DNA of 40,032 nt from Octopus sinensis (GCF_006345805.1 NW_021835415.1:1-40032), one strand, 5' to 3'. Counted from the stretch's first letter, positions 1 to 11,010 are shown. Numbers and translations: made by a program. Notes: generated by a model from the letters alone, not told the origin.

Positions 1-321
1 TGTCATATCTAGCGGGAGACTGAGTGGGGAGTAGCAAGAGTTAGGGAAAGTGGTAAATTATATATAGAAAAGGGAACGTGTGAAGGACATAGAGAGAGAT
101 AGATAGTTATTATAGAAGGGTAGCTTTATCGATCTAAAAGTCGAGTTTAGAAATCTGCGTCCCAACAAGAAGGTATTTGGCAATTAGTAACAAAAAGAAA
201 AAATATATGATGTGCTACGAGAAATAACTCGACTTTTAGATCGGCAAATTTACCACTCTATCTGTCTCCATCCGGCTCTTTTTCTGTTCTACATCTTTTT
301 CCTCTCTCTCTCTCTTTTCTC

Positions 322-723
322 TTTACTCTTTTACTTGTTTCAGTAATTTGACTGCGGCCATGCTGGAGCACCGCCTTTAGTCGATCAAATCGACCCCGGA
401 ACTTATTCTTTGTAAGCCCAGTACTTATTCTATCGGTCTCTTTTGCCGAACCGCTAAGTGGCGGGGACGTAGACACACCAGCATCGGTTGTCAAGCAATG
501 CTAGGGCGACAAAACACAGACACACAACACAAATACACACATATATATATATACATATATAGACAGCTTCTTTCAGTTTTCCGTCTAACAAAATCCACTC
601 ACAAGGCATTGGTCGGACCGGGGCTATAGCAGAAGACACTTGCCCAAGGTGCCACGCAGTGGGACTGAACCGCAACCATGTGGTTGGTTAGCAAGCTACT
701 TACCACACAGCACTCCTGCGCCT
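322..723 (-). mobile_element. tRNA-derived SINE family A, near full length
   Basis: Minus strand reads GGCGCAGGAGTG-CTGTGTGGTAAG (A-box-like), GTTCAGTCCC (B-box-like), then CCTTGGGCAAG, an internal CA/TA microsatellite and a GAAACAAGTAAAAGAG tail. Homologous copies lie at 7425, 14692, 18859, 20313 and 39012. Confidence 0.9.
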
Positions 724-759
724 ATCTCTCTAGATAATAACCACACTCTTTATCACTCT

Positions 760-1062
760 TTCCCTCTCACTCACTTTCTCTCACTCTTTCGTTCTCTCTC
801 TCATTCTCTCGTTCTCTCTCCCACTCTCTCGTTCTCTCTGTGTGTATATATCGCACTCCACTCTCTTTCTCTCTCTGTGTATATATTGCACTCCACTCTC
901 TTTCTCTCTCTCTCTCTCTCTGTATACCTTGCTCTCCACTCTCTCTCTCTGTATACCTTGCTCTCCTCTCTCTCTCTCTCTCTCTCTCTGTATACCTTGC
1001 TCTCCTCTCTCTCTCTCTCTCTCTCTGTATACCTTGCTCTCCTCTCTCTCTCTCTCTCTCTC
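760..1062. repeat. (CT)n-rich tract containing a minisatellite, TCTGTATACCTTGCTCTCC(TC)n x4
   Basis: The unit is visible near 920, 949, 988 and 1024, with two older variants near 840-900. Confidence 0.9.
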
Positions 1063-1470
1063 TCGCTTGATATGTCATGTAATTGCTTTCATTTTGTTTA
1101 AATCTTCGTTGTTGTAATGTTTACTTTCATTTTGTGATAGTTATCACACAGAAAATGCTAGCCTTCAAACTCTGTTTTCATATTAGGTAAAATTTTCCTG
1201 CAATAAATGAATCAGGAAATCAGATTCAGCGTGAAAAAAGTACATCAATATACCAAATTTTAAGATTTTCACTTAACTTTGAAATTTCAAAATCTGTGAC
1301 AGTGACAGAAAATCTCTCTCGCTCTCTCTCTCTCTTTCTCTGTATCTGTCTTTGTCTTTCTTTCACTACACTGTTCTCATTGTAAACTCCTTCCTCTCTA
1401 TATATATTTACCATACTTTCTCTCACTCCTATTTATATGTTTATATGTATATCACTCACGCTGAGTGTGA

Positions 1471-1474
<4 letters not shown>

Positions 1475-1536
<62 letters not shown>
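1475..1536. repeat. (GT)n microsatellite
   Basis: Directly visible. Confidence 0.98.
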
Positions 1537-1538
<2 letters not shown>

Positions 1539-1798
1539 GGAATTTCGCTAGGGTGACGGGGTCGATAGACTATCCCAAAACATCAACAGTAAGCTAAGAA
1601 AAATCTTTATATCTATGTACCAAATGGAAAAACAAAAACTTAATTTATCGGAACAATATATTATTTGCCCCAAATAATGTAGAAATCTGTCCTGATCAAG
1701 AGGTCTGCCCGTCGGAGAGAAGATATGGTCTAACATGGAATAAAAAGAAAAAAATTGAAATAAAGGCATTCTACTGCAAAAGTTCTGGCAACGACGGG

Positions 1799-1799
<1 letters not shown>

Positions 1800-1830
<31 letters not shown>

Positions 1831-2120
1831 ATGGGCGTGTGTCGGTGGGTGGGTGTGTCTATGTATATATATGCTAGTATATATATATATATATATTATA
1901 TATATATATTATATATATATATATATATAATGCATATATATGTGTATGCATGCATACATACATACACACAAACACACACACATATATATACATATATCTG
2001 AACATAACATGTATGTATACACATATGCATGTATGCATGTATGTGTGTATGCCTATATTGATTGAATGGTAAAATGATGCAGGAACATACACACACACGC
2101 ACTCATACGCACACACACCC

Positions 2121-2152
<32 letters not shown>

Positions 2153-2460
2153 CACACACACGCACACGCACCCACAAGTATCTCAACATGTTAGCATAAC
2201 AGCGCAACCATTCACGCTCATACTGATATGTTTAGGAATCAAATTTTGAAAGAAGAACAGTGTTAGGTAGGTGAGCCACTTAGAATATTCAATATATTAT
2301 ATATCTATCACTACGGCATATATCTCGAGATACACATACCTATGCAACTAAAGCACGCATTGTGTGTATTTGCGCGTATGCATGTATGCATGTATGTATG
2401 TATGTATGTATGTATGTATGTATGTATGTATGTATGTATGTATGTATGTATGAATGTATG

Positions 2461-2491
<31 letters not shown>

Positions 2492-2543
2492 ACATATATG
2501 TATGTCTATCTGTCTGTATGTCTATCTGTATGTAGGTCTATCT

Positions 2544-2577
<34 letters not shown>

Positions 2578-2604
2578 ATCTATCTATCTATCTATAATAT
2601 ATAT

Positions 2605-2649
<45 letters not shown>

Positions 2650-2713
2650 TTTGCTTAATATACAATATATACATGTTCTTATATACTCGCACACACTATA
2701 TATGAAATATATA

Positions 2714-2763
<50 letters not shown>

Positions 2764-2800
2764 GTAAGTATGTATATATGTATGTATGTATGTATGTGTA
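1800..2800. repeat. Compound microsatellite field: (GT)n, (TA)n, (CA)n, (TATG)n, (TATC)n
   Basis: Directly visible, with a short unique spacer at about 2170-2370. Confidence 0.9.
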
Positions 2801-2844
2801 ATTTGTTTATGTATTATATCTATGTTGTTGTTAGATATCTTATC

Positions 2845-2874
2845 ATGGGAAACGCTTTGTCAAATGGAAAATCC
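2845..2874 (+). CDS. Candidate first coding micro-exon (exon 2835-2874) encoding MGNALSNGKS; possible N-myristoylated protein
   Basis: T-rich acceptor ...tgttgttgttAG at 2833-2834. Strong start context atcATGG. Ten codons are followed by a canonical donor GTGAGT at 2875 (phase 0). The peptide matches M-G-x-x-x-S. No downstream exon was identified. Confidence 0.45.
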
Positions 2875-3089
2875 GTGAGTATACAAATTAAATAATTTAA
2901 TAGGATTCCTGATATTTATGGAGTGGATTGAAGTGTATATTTACGGCTGATTTGAACTGAATATTTACGACCAAATGAATATTGATGTGTCTTTTCGTTT
3001 TGTGTTTTAATGACTGCGTCCTTGTCTGCGTATGCGTATGTAATCTGTCTTTATGAATGTATCAAAACTAGGCATACGTATATTAGTAT

Positions 3090-3104
3090 TCACGCACACA
3101 CAAA

Positions 3105-3161
<57 letters not shown>

Positions 3162-3702
3162 CCATATGTGCATATGTACACACTCGCGCACGCGTACACT
3201 CCTACACACTCTCTTTGTATCATATGCTCACGCAGAAATATATGGTGGTATATATATATATATATGTGTGTGTGTCATTGAAAAAAAATATATATATATA
3301 TTCATGCACACATGTATAGAAATAAACACACGCGTGCACACACAAACACATACACACACACACACGCGCGCACTAACGCAGATACACATACACACGCACT
3401 TACACATACACCCACGTCATATTCTTGATGAAACGTGTAAGAAATTCAAACTTCTGTAAAACACTGAAGAGAAACATCTGTGAATTACGTATCTAAAGAT
3501 ATGTTTACGTATATGCATCATGTATATATTTATACATACTTATATACATACATAGAATACATGCGTGTACACACAAATATATATATATATGTATACACAT
3601 ATATACATCTATATATATCTGTATATACGTATATCGTTGTATATATATTCACGCATTTATTTATGAGTATCTATAATATATATGTGTTGGTATCCATCCA
3701 TG

Positions 3703-3795
<93 letters not shown>

Positions 3796-3827
3796 TTTTT
3801 TCTTTCTCTCTCTCTCTCTCTCTCTCT

Positions 3828-3864
<37 letters not shown>

Positions 3865-3890
3865 AATACATACATGCATACATATATGTA
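3090..3890. repeat. Compound microsatellite field: (CA)n, (TA)n, (TATC)n, (CT)n
   Basis: Directly visible. Confidence 0.9.
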
Positions 3891-3911
3891 TATGCCAACA
3901 GTCTAATGACA

Positions 3912-4112
3912 TATGAGGACAATAAGACAAGGTAGAAAATTCTAAAAATATTTATCGTGAAGAACATTTTAGTACCGGTTTCAGTCTTTGCGACTTTTTG
4001 AACTTATAATTTTTACTCTAAGTTGAAAATGTAAAGTCTGGAACCGGTACTAAAATGTTCTTCAAGATAAATTCATTTTAGCATTTTCTTACCTTGTCTT
4101 ATTTTCCTTATA
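3912..4112. mobile_element. Hairpin (fold-back) element with ~80-bp inverted arms; probably Penelope pseudo-LTR derived
   Basis: 3912-3989 (AATAAGACAAGGTAGAAAAT...GAAGAACATTTTAGTACCGGTT) is the reverse complement of 4033-4112 (AACCGGTACTAAAATGTTCTTC...TACCTTGTCTTATT). The arms contain a GAAACCGGTA hammerhead-like segment. Confidence 0.7.
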
Positions 4113-4347
4113 CATATCAACTCATGTGTTCCTTTTTAACTTTATATATATATATACTGAAACAAGTTAAAAATAAAAGATATGTGTGTGTGTGTGTGTA
4201 TAAAGCTGAAACTCACTTTCCAATTAATAAAAAATTAACTTGAGAATCTTGTATTTTTATATGTAAAATTAAAGAGTAAAATTAAAACTGTTTTGAATAT
4301 AGACGTTGAGAAAAAAAAGCCTATAGGTCGGGCAAATCGCACGTATT

Positions 4348-4580
4348 CATTTCTTTACTACCCACAAGGGGCTAAACATAGAGGGGACGAACAAGTATAG
4401 ACAAAGGGATTAAGTAAATTACATTGACATCAGTGCGAAACTGGTACTTTATTTATCGACCCCGAAACGATGAAAGGCAAAGTCGACCACGGCGGAATTT
4501 GAACTCAGAACGTAGCGGCAGGCGATATACCGCTAAACATTTCGCCCGGCGCGCAAACGTTTCTCCCAGCTCGCCGCCTT
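4348..4580 (-). mobile_element. tRNA-derived SINE family B, tail type B2, with 17-bp target-site duplication
   Basis: GGCAAATCGCACGTATT occurs at 4331-4347 and 4581-4597. Head GGCGGCGAGCTGG, B box GAGTTCAAATTCC, tail ...TGTGGGTAGTAAAGAAAT. Confidence 0.95.
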
Positions 4581-4649
4581 GGCAAATCGCACGTATTAGC
4601 ACAAGCATGGTAGGTGTTCATTCACTAGTCATTTTGAAATATTTCTATA

Positions 4650-4871
4650 CGGTAATTCCTCGACTATCGCGGATGTTACGTTCCAAAACCACCCGTGATA
4701 GGTGAAAATCTGCGAAGTACAAACAGTACTGTACTGTATATTTTATTATTTCTATAATTTGTATATATATTTATTTTATTATAAATAATGCAAAACCACA
4801 CCACAGAAGAATTGACGAAGCTTAAATGATAAACCGCGATAAGTGAACCGCGATATGGCCCGAGACTACTG
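4650..4871. mobile_element. pogo/Tigger-like MITE
   Basis: TA-CGGTAATTCCTCGACTATCGCGG ... CCGCGATATGGCCCGAGACTACTG-TA: imperfect CAGTA-type terminal inverted repeats with TA flanks. Confidence 0.75.
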
Positions 4872-5149
4872 TATAAAATTTTCGATTTGTGAAGTGAAAA
4901 ATATTAAAGGCGAAATGCACATTTCTGAAAAAAAGTAAATTGTGTTTGTTTGGAATATGTAACAAAGTGATATGAAACTCTCCGACGGTCCACTGTTTAA
5001 CATTTCAAAGTATCTCAGCTAATATTTTGATTTATGGTGACAAAAAAGACATTAACTCTGAACTAGTATTTAATATAGAATTTGTATGGGGCATTTTTTA
5101 TGAAGCAATATAATTTAGAAACGCACACACACATACACGCTTGTCATTT

Positions 5150-6290
5150 ATGGAGGCAAATGTAAATCTACCGTAAATAATTATCGCTTCAAATTACCCT
5201 CCTGTCGTTAATAACTTAGTAAACAACATTAGTGTAAGTCTATCCATCTGATGTATATTGCTTTTACAATGCAGCCTCTTATTATAAAGTATTAAAATAC
5301 CGTTTTTGTAAGGACAAAATTAATTAAGTAAAAAAGATAGCATTATTGTTTCTCAGACGATATTAGTGTGTTGCTAGAATCGTTAGGACGTCGGTAGAAC
5401 TCTTGCGGTATTTGTTTCCGCCCTTTGCCTGCTGTTTTCGAATCCCGCTGATATTAATGTTGCTTTCCATCCTTCTTGGAGCGATGAAATAAACTATCAA
5501 TCAATGACTGTGGTCGATATAATTGATTATTTATTTCCTCTATATTTGAGGACATACATCTCTGTAAGAATCAATATGTATTTTCAGACAGGGGAAAAAA
5601 ACAACAAAATCCTAGAATTATTTCGTTTAATGTGGCATTCAGTCTTAAAGCAAATAAATATTTTTTATTAGATAAATATTTTTCGAAAAATCATAATTAC
5701 CAAAAGATTTTTAATAGAAATAATGTTAAACTTTACTTTCAGCTGTATGAATAATTTTTGCTGTAGAAAGAACAAATGTTGATAATGAAAAAAAAAATCT
5801 AAATGCATCTCTCTGTATCCACTTTTTCCTGTTCGCTTAATTGTTTCAACCCTGTAAATAGGCCATTAAATAATTTATGACTTTTAAAATCGATAGTTTA
5901 TTGTGTAAAGTATTTGCACAATAAACTATCAATATCGAAAGTATTTGCAACTAATAATTCAAATTTTAAAGATTACATCAAGCTGAACGGAAATTCGCTT
6001 AAGTTAATTTTCAGTTGACATCAGCATATTTTCAGATCCTAAAAGATATTTAGAGACGAGTTTGTTGAAGCATATTTGGTCTTTAAAAATAATAACAAGG
6101 TAAAAACATTATAAAATTACCTGGGAGGTATTAAAACATGCCACGTTTAATCAGGCGGTAATCTTTGAACTAGTGCAGAAATTAATATATTGTTTTGCGG
6201 GGATTCCATCTTAAACACTTGCTCGGTGTTAATATCAATTTTTTGACACCATAAACCAAAATGTTTGCTGTGATAATTTTAAATGTCTAA
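5150..6290 (+). pseudogene. Decayed Penelope-like retroelement (RT thumb/linker plus C-terminal GIY-YIG region)
   Basis: Frame-broken peptides occur in Penelope order: SNYPPVV, NLVNNIS, LLDKYFSKNHNYQKIFNRNNVKL, KSIVY, DPKRYLETSLLKHIWSLK, YKITWEVLKHA. Interrupted by an old SINE. Confidence 0.7.
5368..5575 (+). mobile_element. Old, diverged SINE family B copy
   Basis: TAGAATCGTTAG...GCGGTATTT...GCTTTCCATCCTT...GGTCGATATAATTGA is colinear with family B. Confidence 0.6.
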
Positions 6291-6741
6291 TGCTTGAACG
6301 TCGAACAGTCTAATATCATGCTCCAAACAAACCAACATCTAAAATCAACGTCAGTCAGTATTATATAAATTTGTGACCTGCTCTAACTAAAGGAAAAACG
6401 GTTTCTATGGTTAAAGTACATATTCAACGGTATTTCTATTTCATATAAAAATATAGGAGCATTTCATTTGCATATTTCATCGCTTCGAAAATTGGTAAAA
6501 TATCTAACTTGGAGTCACAATTAGTTTAATATAATTTTTGTTATATTATCCTACTTCATTGTACTAAGTCTTTTTCTTGATTTCCCATCCTGTTTTCTGC
6601 CGCCCTTCCTTTCTACTTCTCCATCTATCCATCCATCCATCCATCCATCCATCCAAATATGCTTACATGCATGCATGCATACATACATACATACATACAT
6701 ACATACATAATACATACATGCATACATACATATATTTACAT

Positions 6742-7027
6742 GGTGGTTGTCTATTCCTTATGGAGAGTCTGATCACCTCCTGTATCTACACCTTAGATCC
6801 ATCATGGCATCTGATGTGGCTTTTAAAACCAGACGTTTTGAAAAGACACCCACATAGATTGCATATCCGATCTGGACCACCAAGAGCTGTAGATAAGTTC
6901 TGATTTTTGTGCATCTTAAAATGTCTTTTGTGGGTCTCCGTTAGAATTGCAGACTTTCTGGCATACACGACATTGAAAGGTGTGCTCAGACATATAGGCA
7001 AAATAGTTGGTGGAGGTTCGTTTTTCA
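6742..7027 (-). pseudogene. Degenerate tandem C2H2 zinc-finger coding remnant, probably the 3' end of an RTE-type LINE, between (CATA)n arrays
   Basis: FQCRVCQKVCNSNG/(frameshift)KRHFKMH, then ICNLCGCLFKTSGFKSHIRCHDGSKV*, a short 3' UTR and a microsatellite. Confidence 0.55.
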
Positions 7028-7195
7028 TACATACATATATACATACATGCATACATACAAATATATACATACAAACATGCTTACATACACACATACATAC
7101 ATACATACATACATACATACATACATACATACATACATACATACATACATACATACATACATACATACATACATACATACATACATACACACGCA
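7026..7195. repeat. (CATA)n microsatellite
   Basis: Directly visible. Confidence 0.97.
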
Positions 7196-7244
7196 TACGT
7201 ATGCACATCACCTACACATTTAAAGCCAGGCAGACGAAATTAAT

Positions 7245-7400
7245 CACAGACTGATGACGACTATCAAGCTGAAACTTCGAAATCACTATCAACCTTTGCC
7301 TTGTAAAACTTTATAAATATATTCTTTACCGTGAAGTATGGAGTATTCCAATTTAATGTTAAATTGATTCCATACATAACTTCACATGAAATATTATATA
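7245..7400 (+). mobile_element. Penelope-like pseudo-LTR fragment with a degenerate hammerhead motif
   Basis: CTGATGA-CGACTATCAAGCT-GAAAC at 7251-7275; the fragment ends in (TA)n. Confidence 0.4.
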
Positions 7401-7424
7401 TATATATATATATATTGTTTCCTT

Positions 7425-7688
7425 TATTCTTTTACTCTTTTAATTGTTTTAATCATTTGACTGCGGCCATGCTGGAGCATCACCTTGAAGGGTTTTAGTC
7501 GAACAAATCAACGCCAGGACTTATTTTTTAAGCCTAGTATTCATTCTATCGGACCTTTTGACACACTGCTAGATTATGGGGACGTAAAGGCACCAACACC
7601 AGTTGTCAAGCGATGATAGAGGGACAAACACAGACACAAAGACACACAGATGCACACAGATATACTCACACACACACACACACGCACA

Positions 7689-7738
<50 letters not shown>

Positions 7739-7905
7739 ACACACAGACTCTTCTTCCAGTTTCCGCCGACCAATTCCACTCACAAGGCTTTGGTCGGCCC
7801 GAGGATATAGTAGAAGCCATATGTCCAACGTGCCACGCTGTGAGATTGAACCCGGAACCATGTGTTAGGGAGGCCATTTTCTTATCACACTGCCACGCTT
7901 GTGCC
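7425..7905 (-). mobile_element. SINE family A with expanded internal (CA)n
   Basis: Colinear with 322-723 over head, body and tail. Confidence 0.9.
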
Positions 7906-8639
7906 AGCATTCATACTTACATGTGTATGTATGTATGTATGTATGTATGTATGTATGTATGTATGTATATGTATGTATGTATGTATGTGTGTATGTATGT
8001 GCGTATGTATTAGGTATGCATGTATACACGCATTTTCAGAATATATTTTTAATATATGTTTTTCTTATTTGTGACCGATTGAAGCACCACATCAGGCAGA
8101 ATCCTGAAATTCAATGGACCATGTGGAACCAGCTGTAGGATTTTGATTCTGTTGGTTAGTGTGTGTGCGCGCATGTGTAGGCATTTAATCAACATAACCA
8201 GCTTGACTTGGATGTGTTGTTTTGAACGCCGTAGACTTCAGTAACCGACGCGTCCTCTTCCTCCACGCCGTCGTTGTTGATTAACACTAGGTTACTTCCG
8301 ACTGAGCAAATTTACAACCCAATATGTTTCAACTCAGCATAATCCGTCCGTAGGAAAGGGTATGTCTAGTGCTATATTAACCTACGATCATTCTAATTAC
8401 TGTTGTGGTTATGATGATAATAGTCAATTATGTTAATTCTCTTCTCATGAAAACAGACAATTGCGACTTCTGGTATGTCGGCAATGGAGGTTGCCGATTA
8501 GCTAAAATTTCAAACATTAGAGGCTTGTAACTTTCTAGAGAAAATACATATGATTCATGTCATTAGTATGAAAATCTACATCAGTGTAAAAAATTTGAAA
8601 AACTTGTGACGGTAGGAAATATTTTTAAAATATCGTCGA

Positions 8640-8772
8640 CAACATTCCATTTATAAGATGTCCTCTTTCTTTTTTTCTCTCTCTCTTGAGGCGGTAGAGT
8701 GAAATTTGAAAGAAATGTGGCAATTATTTCCAGCTGATCGAGTGACCATGTTAAGATACCCTGGTTGGTTTG
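8640..8772. repeat. Old interspersed repeat family F, fragment (opposite orientation to 19972 and 21345)
   Basis: GAAATGTGGCAATTATTTCCAG is reverse-complement similar to CTAGAAATAGCAGCTAAATC (20006) and CAAGAAATAGTAGTCACATTTC (21379). Confidence 0.45.
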
Positions 8773-9122
8773 ATAGAGTCTGCCGCTAACTCCTTAATAA
8801 TTATTCAGTTGCCGATACCTCTGTCAGCAGCCTTGGTCCTGTCCGTGATCTTCCTTTAACAACCGCTGTGAGATGTTTGACCTTGATTCGTTGACTTGAA
8901 CTTGGTGTTTATAACCGAACGTTTGTCATGACGGCTTTTCTTTCTTTCCTATGTTGTATTGTTTTCTTATCACAGTGCATCTCCCTTTGATATTGAATCT
9001 ATGCCGAGGGTCTTTTGTAGATGAAATGTCGAATAAAAAGAAATAAAATACCTTTTGACTTTATTTTACTTTGTCCGTTTTACCACCTAAAGTAAACTAC
9101 TTAATTGATTTATGTTATACTT

Positions 9123-9228
9123 CTGCTGCTGCTGTATTTGTTGCTGTTGTGGGTGTTGTTGATGTTGTTGCTGTCGTTGATGTTGTTGCTGCTGTCGTTG
9201 ATGTTGCTGCTGCTGTTATTGCTGTTGC

Positions 9229-9297
<69 letters not shown>

Positions 9298-9325
9298 CAT
9301 CATATCATCATCATCATCATCATCA

Positions 9326-9409
<84 letters not shown>

Positions 9410-9425
9410 CATCATCATCATCATT
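9123..9425. repeat. Compound trinucleotide array (GCT/GTT)n-(ATT)n-(CAT)n
   Basis: Directly visible. Confidence 0.97.
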
Positions 9426-9514
9426 GAGTGAGAGAGCAGTACAAGCCATCAAAGTGACACTGGGGTAAAATATACGAAGCCCAGTATACCCATCATGACT
9501 ACCCGTCTGATAAG
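9426..9514. mobile_element. Element D terminal fragment
   Basis: GAGTGAGAGAGCAGT...CCCGTCTGATAAG matches 10143 onward and the reverse complement of 25682-25769. Confidence 0.85.
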
Positions 9515-9876
9515 TAACTTAGCTGTCCCTAATAACACTGTTTTCTGGAGCTGTACTACACTGGATTTTATGCCTATTTCCCTTATCCATCTGTTCAGAT
9601 CTTTAGGGATAGTTCCCAATGCACCTATAACTACCGGGATACATTTTACCCGCACTTTCCTTAGCCTCTGTAATTCAATCATATTGATTTTCCCCCCATC
9701 ATTTGGGACTCTAAGGTCAATTATCAGGCACTTTTCTCTACCATTACTAAATCAGGCCTTCTAGCTTCTATTACTCTATCAATCTGAATGTTAAAGTCCC
9801 ACAACATCTTGTATTTCTTACTTTCTTGTATTTTTCTAGGTTCATGTTCATACCATTTATTAGTATGTTCAAAACT
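9511..9876 (-). pseudogene. R4/Dong-like non-LTR retrotransposon, restriction-like endonuclease remnant
   Basis: KWYEHEP...MLWDFNIQIDRVIEARRPDLV/KCLIIDLRVPND...IELQRL..VKCIPVVIGALG...LQKTVLLGTAK shows the PD..D RLE signature. Confidence 0.85.
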
Positions 9877-9984
9877 TAGCTTTAGCAGTTTTTCGTCCGT
9901 CTTTATGTCTCAGATTCAGATAGCGCCGAGGTCGTCTTTGCCTTTTGTCCTTTTGGGGTTGACGAAAAAATATCAGACTAGCAT

Positions 9985-10045
9985 TGTGGTTGATAAAATC
10001 GACCAAACCCCTCCATAACATTTCAGGCCTTGTGCCTATAATAGA
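9985..10045 (+). mobile_element. SINE family B (B1) tail fragment
   Basis: AATCGACCAAACCCCTCC...TTTCAGGCCTTGTGCCTATA. Confidence 0.6.
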
Positions 10046-10142
10046 TATCCTCTTTCCCCTCCTCCTCCTCCTCCTCCTCCTCATCATCATCGTCATCATC
10101 ATCACTATCAACATCATCATTGTCATCATCATTATTATTACT

Positions 10143-10619
10143 GAGTGAGAGAGCAGTGCATGCCATCAAAGTGAACACTGAGGTAAAACATACCCACCAT
10201 GACTACTCATCTCATAAGGGTATACCAAGCACATGCACCGCAGCCATATGTACATGACATGGTGAGCTCATATCGACTCAGGTCGACTAGCCCATCCCGC
10301 TCAAAAAGTCCCTGAATAAGGGTTGTTTAAGGATGTTGAACGAAACACCTATGTTTCCAAGGATGAATTATTCAAACTCCAAAGAATTCCTCTCAATACA
10401 TGGTGAAGATGCTCCCCCACTACTTCAGCTTGTGATTAGAAATGCACATATCGCCAGCCACCAAGGGATATGCTCAACTGGTTACGGTCAAACAACTGAC
10501 AAGCAAAACTGTGGTATTGAGCAGAATATTTGCTGTAACTCATCTTTTATACCAAGACAAAACATGTACATGATAACACTTCCAATCAGTTAAGATCGGA
10601 AGGCATTGTATCAGGGCAT
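10143..10619. mobile_element. Element D: non-coding interspersed element embedded in (ATT)n, internally deleted copy
   Basis: Colinear with the reverse complement of 25212-25769; both ends abut ATT/CAT/GTT repeats. Confidence 0.85.
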
Positions 10620-10660
10620 ATTAATATTATCATTGTTGTTGTTGTTGTTATTATTATTGT

Positions 10661-10878
10661 GAGGCAGCGAGCTGGCAGAATTGTTAGCATGCTGGACGAC
10701 GTGCTTAGCGGTATTTCGCCCGTCGTTACGCACTGAGTTCAAATTCCGCTGAGGTCGACTTTTGCTCTTCATCCCTTCGGGTTCGATAACTTAAGTACCA
10801 GTTGCACATTGGGATTGATCTAATCAGCTGTTCCCCTCCCGCCAAATTTCAGGCTTTGTGCCTATATTAGGAAGTATT
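10661..10878 (+). mobile_element. SINE family B (B1 tail)
   Basis: GGCAGCGAGCTGGCAGAATTGTTAGC...GAGTTCAAATTCC...TTTCAGGCTTTGTGCCTATA. Confidence 0.9.
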
Positions 10879-10884
10879 GTTCGT

Positions 10885-11010
10885 TGCCTCCCATCTTCTC
10901 GAGATCGATGAAATAAAGTACCTGTCAAATATTGAGTTCAGTTCATCGTCTAAGCTCCAATCCCCCAAAATTACTGGCCGTGTGCCAATATTTGAAACAA
11001 TTGTTATTAT
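10885..11010 (+). mobile_element. SINE family B, 3' part (B3 tail)
   Basis: GATGAAATAAAGTACC...CCCCAAAATTACTGGCCGTGTGCCAATATTTGAAACAATT; same tail type as 30590-30630. Confidence 0.6.

Noticed and set aside
915-1062. Regularly spaced ~20-bp repeats resembling a CRISPR array
   Set aside because: The spacers are (CT)n, the context is eukaryotic and there are no cas genes; it is a minisatellite.
1537-1878. Possible Helitron-like 3' end (GCAACGACGGG...CTAGT)
   Set aside because: The hairpin is incomplete and separated from CTAG by a microsatellite; single copy, insufficient support.
640-3935. Many 60-150 aa ORFs (SLSL, HTHT, YIYI, MYVC repeats)
   Set aside because: They are translations of stop-free microsatellites with no domain content; the same applies to similar ORFs across the window.
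6036-6099. Exon-like segment with good AG and GT signals
   Set aside because: Its only open frame (PKRYLETSLLKHIWSLK) is part of the surrounding Penelope GIY-YIG remnant; exonisation cannot be shown.
8281-8380. TTAA-CACTAG...CTAGTG, piggyBac-like ends
   Set aside because: Only a 6-bp inverted match, and the right TTAA is not adjacent.
8936-9050. Strong polypyrimidine acceptor followed by AATAAA (terminal exon?)
   Set aside because: Very short uninformative frames; also compatible with a decayed Penelope end. Not supportable without RNA data.
9071-9431. Poly-Ile/Leu/Tyr/His membrane-like ORFs
   Set aside because: Trinucleotide array translations.
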